In this document: in pieces, positions 26,601-41,600 of the stretch
How positions within the stretch are numbered: the first letter of the stretch is position 1
Layout: the number at the start of each line of letters is the position of its first letter
NCBI GenBank assembly: GCA_965235115.1
Contig: OZ249436.1
Coordinates: forward strand, 40,302,001 to 40,366,000
Direction of reading: 5' to 3'
DNA from: Laetmonice hystrix
Lineage: Eukaryota
Length of the DNA stretch: 64,000 bases
Notes under the pieces: model-generated
What the model saw: the letters and a program-made list of their open reading frames with translations, nothing else
Told to the model about the DNA's origin: nothing
Database searches by the model: none
Made by a program: the position numbers and the translations under genes

Positions 26601-29600
26601 AATATATATCTTAATTTATGTTTGCAACAAGTATTCCTGAATTCTGAAAACACCTGTAACGTTTAAGTACTATAATCTGTTCACTTAGCACAAGAAACCC
26701 CTAGATGCTAGCTCATTTGACAGGTGTGGCCTCAACACCAACTACCGAGTTAGAATAGAACTTAGAAGTGCAGGCTGAGTATTGTTGGCAATTGTCTCCT
26801 GATTTACACCTTTCTTGGCTGATGTGGATTCTGCCATCATCCATTGGCAACTGCTGAGTGAGTTACACTGGGACCCTGAAGTACCACCAGTAAGGCTAGT
26901 TCATGCAGTGGGGCTAGGTGTCCATTTGTAACATCACTGAATGAAAGGGCAGCTTTAGTTTAAGCCTTAACCCTTTTGTGACTGGCCCCTTGCACTAGTG
27001 ACGACGTAACAATTGAGTGAATTTGCCGTAAGGACGGGCCATGTGATAACGGATCATTACCTTGCTGTCATCTCCAAAAAATCATCCATAGTTTAGACAA
27101 AAGTAAAGATTTTAATCTAGGGTTTGTCTAGGACTAGCAGTAGCACAGCTACCACTCAATTGTGACGTTACGTCATGGCGCTGCGCTGTCGATCTATACA
27201 CAATGGGCTCTGACGTAAGTCAAATGATATCTCAATGCATCATCCGGCCCCTGCCCGGGAATGCCTCAAGGCATTATCCGGCCCCCACCTGGGAATGCCT
27301 CAAGGCATCACCCGTCCTTAAAGTGTTAACTTTGAAAAACTGGAAAGACGTTGTGTTGGGTTCAGTTTAAAATGGTACTTTTAAAGGGTCTTTTATACAT
27401 GTACCTACAATGGAAAAAATGGATTAAAGGCTTTGATAATTTATTATTATTTCCCAAAATAAATATATATGAGTAGTAATGGTGAATATGTAATGTTCAG
27501 ACCTTAGGTTTTGACGGGCGCGATTGCTCTCGCGCACCATCGCGCCCCTAAACAGCTTAGGAGAGGAGTGAAAATGCGCGCCCATACTTGCTGTTGAATA
27601 GCGCACCTCAGCAAACATGCTGAAGGGTTTCTAGATCGCCGGTGGTTCGGCCCCACCATGATAATGTTGACATCGGTCAATCCAGCGTGTATTTTCGATC
27701 GCTGCCATGTACTACTTTTATCCCGAATACAATATAATACAACGTATTTGATTGGCTTCCCACCTTGAGAACCGTGTTACCATTGTTCTGATCAATCTGC
27801 GTCATCGCACCCAGTCAAGCGATACATTGTCAACCACGCACTATTCAAAACACGTGTTGAGACCACAGACATCGTAATATGAAAAATCCTCGGTTGAGGG
27901 GAGCTTCCAGATCACTCTCCTAGAGCAGCTGAGGGGAGCTATTTCGCTCCCCTGTATTTTTCAAATCCTAAGGTCTGAATGTTTGTGTCTTCTCTAATAA
28001 AGAAAAATGGATTACTACCATTTATTTTTTCTCAAGGAGTCAATGTGGGAAAGACCTATATCGTGCAGTGTTATTGCCAACCGTTTTCAGCGTAACGGGC
28101 CTTTATGTTGTTCGTCTGGGAAATTATGCTATTTCTCGCACTCTGATGTGACGACACAATGTTGACACCAGTGCTGGGATGAGCCCATCTCGCACTCCCA
28201 GGGAAGTAGTCCTAATGACGACGCATATCACATGTAAACAAAAGCCTCATTGTGCGTCATCAAGTAGTGCCATACACAGATACTCTCACAGAATCTGTAT
28301 TTCTCACGATTTATTTTGCATATCATACAGTATTTCTAATAAAGGCTATTAAAAGTGACTTTGCAACGTCGAGAGTGAGGGGCGAGTCAAGGAGTTTTGT
28401 TGTCATGTCGTCTTTGCTGGCCTCCAACTGCAACAATGGCACTTGTCCAAAACTATTGTGACGTTACAGTATCTTAGTAATGACAATACAACTGTTCCGT
28501 CATAATAACGTAGTCATAATAGAAACCGGGCCCTGACGTAACAATGGTCCAGAAACCCTATGCGTAGTATTGCACAATGCTTAACACAATGATTAGCTTA
28601 GATTAAGTTAGAAAGGGCTGTTTTTCTCTTGTAATACTGGTTTAAATTGGTAGAAAATGGATATCTTGCGAGAAAATGCATATGGCATTGCTCCTCGTGC
28701 GAGATGGGCCTATCTCAGCACTTGTCAGGCCCGTTCAGGCCTCGCCTAAAGGCTCGGCCTGACGCGTGCTGAGATAGGCCCATCTCGCACTCGGAGCGAT
28801 GCCATATAATGTTAGGCCGATACGCTGTCTCAGGCCTCTGATTTTTCCGTTTGTTGCCGGATTTCCACCTTTTTTGTATCAAAAAGTTACCCCTGAGGCC
28901 TCTGTGATTGGTGCAAATCCGTTGAGATCTTATAATTCATTTCTGGGGGTGGGGGTAAAACCTGCAAAATGTATCAGATTGCACCATTTTAAACAAGAAA
29001 ATGTCACATTTTTCGCTGAGAGAGGGGACACCCCTCCCACACCCGCCACTAGTTGCACCACAAAAGTTCAGACTTTTTTTCCTTCACCTGATCACACCCC
29101 TGGCTGTCTTATTCTTAATGCAACAGAACTCCCTGGCGTGTCAGGAAAGTGTCAATCATTTACTGTTCAATTTAGTAAACCTTTCTCCTCTGTAGGCCTC
29201 ATTTATATAGAAAATTTGTATGTATTTACAACGTAACCCCCCCCCCCCCTATATTTTTCTGGTGGTCTTTCACTGTCAGAAATTTCTGGTAAGAACACTG
29301 GGGCCCGTTTTACTAAACAGTCGATAATAACGACGTCGATAATTTAACATAGAAGTAAAGTTGTTCAAGTAAATGGGTTGCTAGGTCGAAAATAACGACC
29401 TAGCAACCATTCACTTCTATGTTAAATTTTCGGCATAATTATTATCGACTTTTAGTAAAACCGGCCCCTGTTGTGGTAAATGAGTCAGATGATGCTCAGG
29501 ACAGATTGCTTGAAGGCTGAAATACATGGCACTGTGTGCTCTACATATTTGTATAGGGTGTTACCATGACAACAGCCAACAAATTGTTTGTATGGAGAAC

Positions 29601-32600
29601 AGTCAAATTGACATTCAAAGTGCACTGTGTTTTCTGTCCGAAAAGTTTTGTTTGTGCATCAAACGTTCAAGCCAGTGATATGAAACCTTAAATGCAATCA
29701 AAATTACCAGGGTCTTGAGATTCCAGGGCCTCCAATATCCAAATTTGTTGGTCAGTCTTTGAAATCTTTTATTCATGATCCTAGGCTAGCTGCTTAATTT
29801 TTAAGCTTAGAAATGTCAACCTTGCCTCCCATGCTGCCAATGCAGGCAACCTTTGTCTGTGCACCATAAAGTGTCCCAAATTTATTTGAATGAATTGCAT
29901 ATTGTTCAGTGCAAAGGTCACTTGTGGGACACAGAGTTCCTGCTGTTTTCACACTTGCAAATACTGATGCTACAATATTGGATATGTGAGTCATCGTCAC
30001 CATCCACTGAGTGACAGCTTACAAATTGTGTGTGTGAAGTTACTGGGCCATTAGTGACATAAATTTTGTATGTAGTAGTGCATCATGATGCCATTATCAT
30101 CGATCCATTTGGTGGGATGACCTACAGTTTCATTATGATATAGTGAAAGGGGGATGGTTGATGGCAGTTCTTACAGTTACACTCAGCTAACAAAGTGATT
30201 ATTGATCTTGGTGATAGAGTTGGTGACTCGAATTATTCATGGCTCATGGTCTGTGTCCATTGTCCAAGGGCATTATTCATTGCCCGCTTGATGTACAGCC
30301 TGAGTATTGACATTTCACACTCATTTGGTTGGTGCTATTATCATATGATGCAACAGATATACCTGTATTTTTATATATCTGTAAAAAATTCTGATAATTT
30401 ATTAATAGTACCAGTACCCAAGGATCTATGGATGAATCTAGTATATATAATCACGGTACAAGTTTTGGCTCATCAAAATCATTCACACTTCTGCTGGGAA
30501 CCAAATGAAAACATCAGGCCTTCCTCACAGCTCTCCCTTCTGGGTTTTCAGGGCTTGTGGGTGTATATATCTATAAAAACAATTTTCAGTAATTATAAAA
30601 AGTGAATACTTTTATATCAATCAAAAAAACCCAATGACCAAAAAACAAACAGAAATTCGTACATTCGTAAATTCAAGGTGGAAAAATTGACAGTTGACAG
30701 AAGGCATGGTTACTATTTGAGCTTCTAATTTAATTTGGTTTATTATTTCTGTTTCATGTTTCAGACAATATGCCACCCGATCAAAGTGAGTTCAGCTGTC
30801 TGTTCTAATGAAATTAAATTCTAAGACAAACTTAGAATATCAGTTAACACACATTAATTTTTGCTGTCATGATTTTTTTTGTCTATATTATGATATATTT
30901 TCATTATTGGTTGGGTAACAGGCAAAAAGAAAATAATGCACCATGCTATCTGCGAAGAAAATCTTTTTTAGTATAGTTTTAGCAGCCCTTCATTTATCTT
31001 GCATGAAACGCTCTTGTCTCTTGCAGAAATCTGGCCTTATCAGGTATTCCAGTGTTGTTCATACCTGGTAATGCCGGGAGCCACAAACAAGGTGAGTAGG
31101 TGTTTTCTCTATTCAGATAAACGTATCTGGTTTATCTGAACATTGATCTTAGTCTATCAGACATCTATGGACAACAACTTCAACATTAAGTCAGCCTAAC
31201 AATGTATAAATTGATTGTGGGATAGGAGTGGCACATGGATATTACTCAAGGATTTTTTGTCAAATAGATGTATGCAAATTATATCTGTAGTAAATGAAGT
31301 TTTAAATCTCAAACCTAAAATAAGTCATGTCATCTAGTTTTTCTTTGTAATCTGGGTGAGGAAACGTTTTGCATGCTATAAGAATCACAGAACTTTATTG
31401 GTATTGACAGTTAGTTATGGTACCTCTCAGTTGTGCTGATTTAGTGTTTGCAGGTTCCATATTAAACATTGCTCAGAGCAAGCTTTAAAAGCGCCTTGAA
31501 AATGTTTATGCTTTGTAGTGAGGTCACTGGCATCTGTGTCACTGAAGATGGCTGAGAGCAGGCAGACAGAATTCCACTTCAACTACTTCTCCCTTGACCT
31601 CAATGAGGTGAGAAAATGATACATGCATTCATCAGTGGAATGGGAGGAGCTTACGGTATATTTTAGTACTGTTTAAAATTGAATAGATAAAATGTACATT
31701 ATATATTGTGCAGCAAGTGCTATACACAAATCAGATTTTGTTAACATGATAACATTATATTGTGAGCTGGAACACTGATTGTGGGAGGATAAAACTGTGT
31801 CTTAATGTGAATTCTTGTCATTTTTACAGGAACTCTCTGGCCTTTTTGGTGGCGTGTTACATAGTCAAACCGAGTTTACCTTTGAGTGTATCAAACATAT
31901 TAGAACGTTGTATAACACAGCTCCCAGCAAACCCAAGTCTGTGGTTGTGGTTGGACATTCAATGGTAAGGTGGTCTTTATGGAACAGACAGTTTTATTTG
32001 GTTTATTGATTTTATTTGGTCGGCAGAATAGAATAATTGGACTTATAAATTGTTGAACCCGCCAGAAATGAATTTATGTGATTATGATAAACTTTAATGT
32101 TATTTCACTAGAAAATTCGCCGTGTCTTAATTCTAAGGATTACCACTTGTGAAACTTGTGAAGAGGATGTGCTGTATCGAATGAGGACTACTTTGTGTTG
32201 CAGGGCGGTATGGTGGCACGGGCCCTGTTCTCTCTGCCAGGTTTTGACCCGACCTTCGTCACAGTGATCTTGACCCAGGCCACCCCACATCAAGCACCAG
32301 TCATCAACCTTGACAGTGAGATGAATCAGTTTTACTCAGACGTCAACCGGTACTGGCAAGAGAACGTCAACACGTCACTCCAGTATGTCACCGTCCACTC
32401 CACCGGGGGCGGATACCGTGACCTGCTTGTGCGCTATGGACTTACTCATGTCAGGAATGTAGGTGGATTGTAGTCCTCTGTGTGACGTCATGTATCATTG
32501 ATTATTTGGAGCTCAAAAATGTTGTGGCTCCATACCAGTAGCCTGGAAGTACTCTTGGAAGTATAGTGTTTTTTGGGGGGACTGGTTTGTTTTGGCAAAA

Positions 32601-35600
32601 AAGTCGCTATAGATACTCCCCTCTTAAGTGCTTCAACTTCCTCGAAAAGGTTAAATCCAGCCGTAAACCCTGACTCAGCAAATTATAATCTATTGGAAGA
32701 CATTTTAGAGGTCTGAAAAGAGTATGTATATTATATACTACAGGTAATTTGTTTATTTTTTTCAGCTTGTTGCACCAGACAAGGAACTCAGCTCCTTGGT
32801 ATGTTCATATAGGTTTAGGTATAGGTATGAAAAAAACTTTGTGACAGTAGCAATCAGACAAACGTATCATTACTCACATATATCATAGAACTGGATTCTC
32901 TAAGACCTGGTGAAGGTAGCCTGGACGTTAAATAATGGTGGTAAATTGTAACTCTGTGCTCTTTCAGACTATGTCGGTGCCTAGAGCATGGGTTTCTACC
33001 GATCATCTCTGCCATGTCTGGTGAGTTAAAGTTAAGATCAAATAGATGTTCTCTGTTAAGCCAAAAAGAACTACTGAAACGTGTATGTTTTAAAATTGTG
33101 TTCTTTTTGCCATCCTAGGTGTAAGCAGATAGTCCTTGCTACAGTGAGAGCCATGTTTGACATGGTCGACAAAAGCTCCAAACAGGTTGGTCTTTTGATT
33201 AGAATATTACAATTCAAGTAAAGCAAAGAAATCCTATTTGTTCATATGAAAATACTGTGATCATAATTCCAGTGTGATTCTTGCTAAGGAAGCAAACATT
33301 TTACAAGGTTCATACCTGCCTTGGAATCCTGGAAAAGTCCTTACTTTTTGACAAAGCAATTTCCAGATCTGGAAAACCTGGCAAAATGGACCTTTATTAA
33401 TACCAGCCAGTTTTGTCCTAGAAAAGTCCTTGAATTTCAGAATCTTGCTAAATCTTTTAGCTGTGATAGGCCTAATAGCAGACTGTAAAAGCACAAAAGG
33501 ATTGTGAAGTCTGTCAGTGCAGAGACTAAGGAGTCAATCGCATAATTTGTAATACATGTTCCTGTGTTTCCATAGAGCCAAATAGTTCACGTCATGTCTT
33601 TCCGAAACATGTTTAGTACCATCGAGTCATTACATAGCACTACAACAAGTCAGAATGTCCTGGAAAAACTATAAAATTGCCCTGGAAAAGTCCTGGAAAT
33701 TTGCGTAACCTCAGTATGAACCCTGATTTTAGTGTATTCTGTTAGAGTATGTGTTTAATAATGAAATTGCAGTGATTAAGAAGTAAAATTGTTCAACTAC
33801 AGATTGCCCAGGGGCCAAAGTACAGGATGAAGGTATGGCGGCATCATTTTGAGCGAAACCCTGGACCTAAGCTGTACAAACCTGCCTACGCCGAGTCCAT
33901 CACACTCGACAGTGCTATCAAGTGGGAGGTCAGAAAGAAGATGGCATGGAAGTTTGGTCGTGACAAGGTGCGCTGTTTCGTATTGTAGCTCAGAAAGCCA
34001 GTTAATGTTGCTCTTTGTCAGCACTCAATAAATTTACTGATAGACGTTTCATAAATCAATTTATCAGTACAAACCTATAACAAGATAACTGTCTGGTACT
34101 CAGGATGTTTTCCCCTTGATTGTTACATTTAAGATATAAAATCCAAAGTCGTATACATTTTTTGTATTTTTTTTCAAGTAATTTAGCATCTCCAAACAAA
34201 ATTGGGTCTTGCTCCAGCTGCTATGGTGTACTTTCCTAGTTTTATAGCCAAGCAAAGATATGGTAGGCAAGATGATTAATATAGATGTTTGGCTTTAAAG
34301 GGGCATGCTATGAAACACGTTTTTGAGGATTTCCGGCAATTATCCAACATGACCGTGTACTAGGGATCGAAGTAAATAATCCTACCACAGCATTTTGTCC
34401 TCCGACGTGTTTTCGCTGCGTATGCAGCACAAGTAGATTCTATACGACCAAACCTATAGATTTCTCCCGATAGCACATCTCCCACCATAATTTGCTATAG
34501 ACAACCTCCCATCAACCTGTGTAATTGCATACTGTGTCACATCCTGCGTGTGCACTCTCTGCATGTGCTTAAGTCACGTGCTTCGCTTAGTTGTAAACAA
34601 TTCAGCAGTTGCACTCGATCGTCCGGCATCAGAATGCCACCCAAAAAATATTTTACGAAATCAGCAGAAAAGCGGGCAAGGGAGCTTCATAAACTTCGAT
34701 TTCTCACACAAAATGAAACTGATAAGTCTGTCTTTGTTTACCAAGCAATATTAATGACGGATCTCTTTATGAAAACAGCAAAATTTCTTTGAAATACCGA
34801 TTTTTCACGTTTCCTCATAATATGCCCCTTTAATAGAATTTTTAAAAAAATTTATTCACTGATGTATGGAACCTCTATTCTCTTTGCATAGGTTTTAACC
34901 ACACGCTACTCAGTTGTGCCATTGTTAAGAGACAGTGAACATGCCTTTGTTATCATTACCAATATGGTGAGTATACTTTTTATTTGCATTCAACAATTGT
35001 TTTGCCTCAAGACATTGGACAGAAAAGATGATTTGAGAATTAGGTATAGTTGAACCTGCAGGAATGATGTACAATGTATTTTTATTTATGCGTTGTTTTC
35101 ATCTTTCAGAAAAGTGATGCTTGGATTGGAGCTTGTGCCGTCAAACCAAAACAAAACACGTGGTATGACATCAAAATTCTTATTTTAAAAGTGCGCCCCC
35201 CCTTCCCCCCAAAAAATTGGAAGAAAGGCTTGAATGATATACTATAGGGTCACATAGTCTTGAAACAAATGTGTAACATTTTGATTTTTATTGAATAAGG
35301 AGTGTGTTGTATTTTGGTACATAAATTAATGAACCCTTAATTCCCATAAAAATCGATTCCAAATTATTTTCATCATTTCTGATTCAATTAGAAATGCAGT
35401 CCTAGAAAATCGAATTCATATTAGGACGTAAACTAATAAAAGAGAGGACTTTACAGCAAAAGAAAATTTTAAGTGAGGTGCCAGATGTTTAGCGCTTTCA
35501 AGGCACCACAGAACACATTGTTATATATTGTTTTATATGATTCACTATCTACTGGGTATATATTATTCTTCAGCTCTGAGCTTGTGAACCTGGCACCATA

Positions 35601-38600
35601 TGCTAAACTTTTGCCTCCGTTGTATTCAGAGAAAAAGGTAGGTTAGTTTAATGTCTATTGTGTGATTGATGTTACCTTCAAGTTGATAGCACCAAAATTG
35701 ATCCCCACAAAAAATCTCTAAATTATATTATTTTTTCGATTGTTAATAAAGAGTTACTTACTCATCTTTTGTCACCAAAGAAGAATCTGTCGGGTTGAAA
35801 AATATATTGCTCATAATGAGAGTCAAACCAATGTTTTACAATATTTCAGGTCCTGCACGTGCCTGCCGAGATGCTGTTGGAACGGTCATTTAGTCACCTG
35901 GTCGTCGTCCTACCAAAGTCTCGATCGAGGGTTTGTAACGCAAATAACTATTGATTTAAGCTGTTTATCTTAAGCTAACGTGAAAAAGGGGAAGAATAAG
36001 TTATGAATAGAGTGAAAGAGCAAAAATCTCACATTCTTTAATATTTGTCCTTTTGGTGAAAGAGAGTAAGAGTCTGGCCTTCTCAACCTCCTCCTGTCTG
36101 ACAGTATTTTGGGATAACAAATAAATGGAGAGAGAGTCATGTAGTAAACAAAGGTAAGATAAGATAAGGGGAATTTTTTAGTAAACAAAGGTAAGATAAG
36201 ATAAGGGGAATTTTTAGTAAACAAAGGTAAGATAAGATAATGGGAATTTTTAGTAAACAAAGGTAAGATAAGATAAGGGGAATTTTTAGTAAACAAAGGT
36301 AAGATAAGATAAGGGGAATTTTTAGTACCGCTGATAAACCATTTTTTTCTACTATCCTTCAGGTGGAAGTAAATGCTGAATTGTACAATGTGACATCTCG
36401 TAACATTGTCTACAACCTTCCATCACTGTTTTCAATGATTGGTTCCACGGGCACACACCTGGGGGCAGCAGTTGTCATCAACAGAACTGCTCCTGACGCT
36501 ATCTACTACAACATCAGTATTGCAGATTTTGGCGCAGTGCTAGACACTTACACTGCACATTTAATTGCTAAAGAATGCAAAAATGTAGACCAAGGTATGT
36601 TGCCTGACTCAAAGAATCAGTGAATGAGTTTTTTTTTTTTTTTCTAAAATTAATATCGTGAAACGTTACTATTTACATGCCTGTACTGAACAGCATCGTT
36701 TATTGCAGTCTTTTGACTTTTTATCAATGACAGGAAATTATGCCGGTAGTGTCATGAGACTTCACATTCCTTGGAGTAATGAAGATACCTATTCTTTCAT
36801 CAGGTAAGCCACTACCTCAGCCAACAAAGATCTATATTTTTATGTATATTTTTATGCATCTTCCTTCATTCGTATAGAAATGGTGTTCTCGTTAAAGCAT
36901 GTGTTTGCTCTGTTGGTGTTTGCATATCACCTTAAAGGTGCTCTCACACTAGAGCTACGGCGCTACTACGACTACTACGGTAATGGTCCAGTACGGTTTT
37001 TACTACGATGTGCCATGGTACGATATACTACGTTTATACTACGGTGCTACTACGATGTAGTACGGTCCTTCTAAGGTCCTACTACGGACCAACTACTACG
37101 GTTTAGTACGAATTACTACGGTAGGGTACGACTAGCTGCGTTTCAATACGTTCTAATACTACGTATCTACTACGTATCTACTACGGTTGATCGGAAGTGG
37201 CGCGTGCGAATTGGCGCCAACTTTCACCTTTTATTGGCGCCAACTTTCACTTGTTTCAGTCATTTCTGACTTGCCAACACTCCTTATTTCCACATCCACC
37301 GCTATCCTACTGCAGCGTCGTTTGCAGAGGGCACGGAAACGCCGGATAGAGCGCTTCTGGGTCCGGTATTGGCTGCTCAGAAGGCCAGGTTTTGGTCTTT
37401 ATGAGCACCTTATTCCCGAGCTGGCTCATGAAGACAGGGCAGGTTTCCGAAACTTTTTGCGAGTAGAGCCTGAGTAGTGGGCGGCGTGGGTGGGTGCCCC
37501 CTAGCTTTTGCAGTGGCGTAGGAAAAGGGGGGGCCGGGGGGGGCATGCCCCCCCCAATGAAAAGTTGGGGGGCCAGAGTATGTTTTGCCCCCCCCCCAAT
37601 ATTAAGGTTGTGGGCCAATTAATATTATGTACATTTTCATACCTTTTTTCCAAAGTAATAAAATTTAAAATTGTGGAAAGAAAATCATATGCACACACTA
37701 ATACTGACAAACTCCCCCCCCCCCCCCCCAATTGCGAATAGCTTCCTACGCCTCTGTTTTGCCGATTTTATCATTTTAAAATGGGTGCAGAAGATGGGCA
37801 AATAGCACCGGCATGATAGACCTAACCGAACGGCCTATAGTAGGGCAGGCCCCTAATTACTAAAAGCAACGTTGGCTAGACTAAATATCATCGTAGGCCT
37901 AATTAAAACTTCATTATAGGGCCTACATAATCTCCCATATATATTCGTTCATATTTCGCCACTTATTATAGTTGGCCTACTTTTTATATAGAACTATGGC
38001 TATGATATTTCCGAAATTTGTTAACCCTTTCAGTACGGAATTTCCATAATTCAATTCAGTGAACGAAATTTAGGCCCTATTTAATTTTTAGAAGTCTCAT
38101 TTTATTTTATTTTGCCTACATCTATAGGCCTACATTTACACTCAAAGGATCACAATGCTATTTTCCGTTCCGCTTGCTAGACATGTTAGCCTATGTAAAA
38201 CGCCTCTGGTGACTCTAAAAATTGTTTTTTTTTAAAGAACCAAATTCGCTTGGGCCGTTGCAGCGTAACGAATGTCTTTGTACCTCAACTCAGATTCGTC
38301 GTAACAAACCGTACTAAGACGTAGTAACTCCGTAGTAAAATGTTGTAATACCGTAACAACATTGGAATTCCGTAGCAGTCTGTAGTGGAGCGTAATAGTT
38401 TCGTAGTAGAACCGTGCAAATGTCGCAATGCGTTCGTACCAATACCGTAGTAACTTCGTAGCAGGTCCGTACCAAACCGTAGCGTAACCGGGTGGAAATG
38501 GGGTGTGATCGTAGTAGACCCTAGCAGTCCGTAGAAAATCGTCACATGACGTAGTACACCGTAGTACACCGTAGTACACCGTAGTAAACGTAGAACAACG

Positions 38601-41600
38601 TAGTAGAACGTAACACACTACGGTATTGTCACGGTTTACTACGACTTTACTACGTTTTGGTACGGTTTACTACGACTTTGGTACGGTTTTACTACGGTGC
38701 GCATTTTTGCTACGGATTGCTACGGATTTGAAAAAAATTTTGTGCATGCACAAAAACTTTTTGGGTTCCGCCACGGTTTCCCCTTACTACGGTAAGATGG
38801 TACGGTCTTACTACGTTCCTACTACGTTCCTACTACGATTACTACGGTCCTACTACGACATTAATACGACTACTACGGTAAAGTACGGTATACTACGAAC
38901 TCTAAACCGTACCATACCGTATCGCTCCGTAGCGCTAGTGTGAGAGCACCTTTAGACATATTTTCATATGTAATTTGTTAAGTAACAATGCATTTATATC
39001 TAAGTGCTGCATTTGGAGGCATTGATTTCCAGGTTTCACATGATCAGCTGTATTGTCCATTCCAATAACTGACCCCCTGTAGGCTGTAGTGATCATGGGT
39101 TGAACAACACATTCAGTATTGAACTCCTTTGCTGCAGTTATGGGTAGAACAATGCATTTATTCCCTTCACAGCCCTGCTTCATAATCGTGGATAGTTCAG
39201 ACTGTTTCCCTGAGCAGTAATAATATTTTGAGTGATGTATAAATCCGTAAAACTGCCTTTGTTGTGAAGCAGAGACTTTGAACTTACATCCTTCCTCGAT
39301 CGCCACGTTGTAGCATCAATCCTTCCAAGTCAGGAGGCAATGTACTCAATCCCGAGACATGAATTCCTGATTACGTAGAATTATAATTTCACCACAAGGT
39401 ATTGAAAAGGCAGTGTGCTAATGCTATTGTATTTTTATGCACATGGTAATAACTTTAAGTGGGTATTTGTCCAATATAGAAAGTTTTGGTGAGGTATAAT
39501 TTCACCACAAGGTATTGAAAAGGCAGTGTGCTATTGTATTTCTATGTACATAGTAATAACTTTAAGTGGGTATTTGTCCAATATAGAAAGTTTTGGTGAG
39601 GTGGAGTTGAAGCTTAAAGCTTCAGTACCGTACCCTAAACACCATTATACAATTATACACCATTTACAGGTTTGCATTGATCATGCCTAGCATTGAGTAC
39701 ATTTGATCATTTTCAGAGCTGGGAAGAGTGGGAATATTTCACTGAAGGTCCAGACAGCCAAGCCTGCGAACTTTCCATACAATGCTGAGTTACACTTGTA
39801 CCTAAATCCTGCATGTTCCTACCACGTGGTCGTCACACGGTCCTGGATAGAAATGTTTGGACAGGTGAGTCACGTGACCAAAAAATCCCGATCAGAACTG
39901 TAATGAGCCACGTAAATTGTTTTAACTCAATTCAAACCCCTTCTTGCATAGAGGGGCTTTTGTAATATAATGCTTCAGTTGTAGCCAAAACCACTTTTCT
40001 ATTACAATTTACTGGTTAAATCATGGATGTCCAATTAACGACATAAACCTTTTCTGATTTTATCAGTGAGTTAATACAATCATGAGACAGCTGAGGTTTT
40101 ACAAGAGAAAGTCTCAAGATGAATAATATTGATCAACCACCCTTGTTTGTAGAAAGAAACTATGACAAATTCACACAACTCTTTCCCATTGATTCTGTTT
40201 ATTACACACCCACCTTTATCAGTACACCTATTATGTGTATGTGTATCTAAGCGATGAAGATGTTTGCACACTGGCATACACTGTGTGTGATAAGAATGCC
40301 ACGGTTTTCGCATCAATACTATTGATTGGTTCATCAACCTGCTGCCATTTGATCGTTTTTATTGATCAGATCATCATATATTTTTCAAACTGATGTTCTT
40401 AATGATTGTTATTATCGTGATGTAACTAAGTTTAGATTGCTCCATTATAAAAGATACTCTGTATTCACTAAGTGGAAATATGGGAATATGTATGCAACTA
40501 GAGGGAGGTACAGTTTGAGTGGACAACAACAGGGCAGTACCGGAGTGGAGAACCAACTGTTAGACATGGATGATTGATTAGAGCCACCTCCTAGCACTGC
40601 TGATCCGACAAGGAATGGATTTGATCCGTCCTGACACGCGATGTGGCACTGACTGGGTGAACTCATTGATTTGAGAACAGGCAATTTACAATGTATCCCT
40701 TGTGGGTACAAGGATCAGGCCACTCAAGTCATTGACTCCTGAAGGGGGATTACAGCTCAACAGTTATACCCGAGTCTTATCGGTTGAAAGGAGTTTTGAA
40801 GTGAATTATTATGTAACGTTTAACCAGATTCTTGCGAATAGAGGCCTAAAGGTGGGTTGCTACAGGCAATGTCATCTTTGGTATTTATTGACTTCTGCGT
40901 ACGAAACTAAGTCAAGGGTTTATCAGATGAGTCAAAATCTTCAATTCAACTAAACAGACAAAAATTAGGTTTATAAATGTGGAGACAGAGAAGGTGGTTG
41001 GTTTAGTCTTATTAAGAACTCTTTAATCAGTTATTAATATTAAAAAGAATCAATGAATTTATTCATGATATCACACACATGACATTACAGTGTTGTCGAT
41101 ACAGATACAGATGTATCACACCTTCACTGAATACTCCTACCTTAGGTTGACCCAGTATACCATAATCATAACATAATTCGAATTATTTTTTATAACAGTG
41201 CATCTTTAAGAAAAACGACACATGAAACATCATCACAGATACAACATGTTGGCCAACATAAATCCTTACTCTACCCACGTACTGGCCCTGGTGTCTTTAC
41301 TACTGGTACTGTCCTTATTTTCCCCAGCTGCTTTATGTTCGTCCATTTCCATGAGCATCTCAAGAAAACTGTCCGACCTGTTTGGTCCCTCTTGCTGCCC
41401 AAGATAAGAAGAACCTGAAGGAGCATCATTTACTTGAAGATCATTGTTATCACACAGTTCCTCACTCGAAGAGCGAAAAGCAAATTTTGGGGCACCAATC
41501 TTTCCGTGCCGAAAACCTGGGGACTCCATGGACTTAGGCCCGTTGTATCTTCCCGTACGTTCAGACATATCACTGCTGTGACCCCTCAGGCTTTGGATAC

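Noticed and set aside
38232..38943. Tyr/Thr/Arg-rich ORFs
   Set aside because: Translation artefacts of the ACTACG arrays in the Harbinger element.
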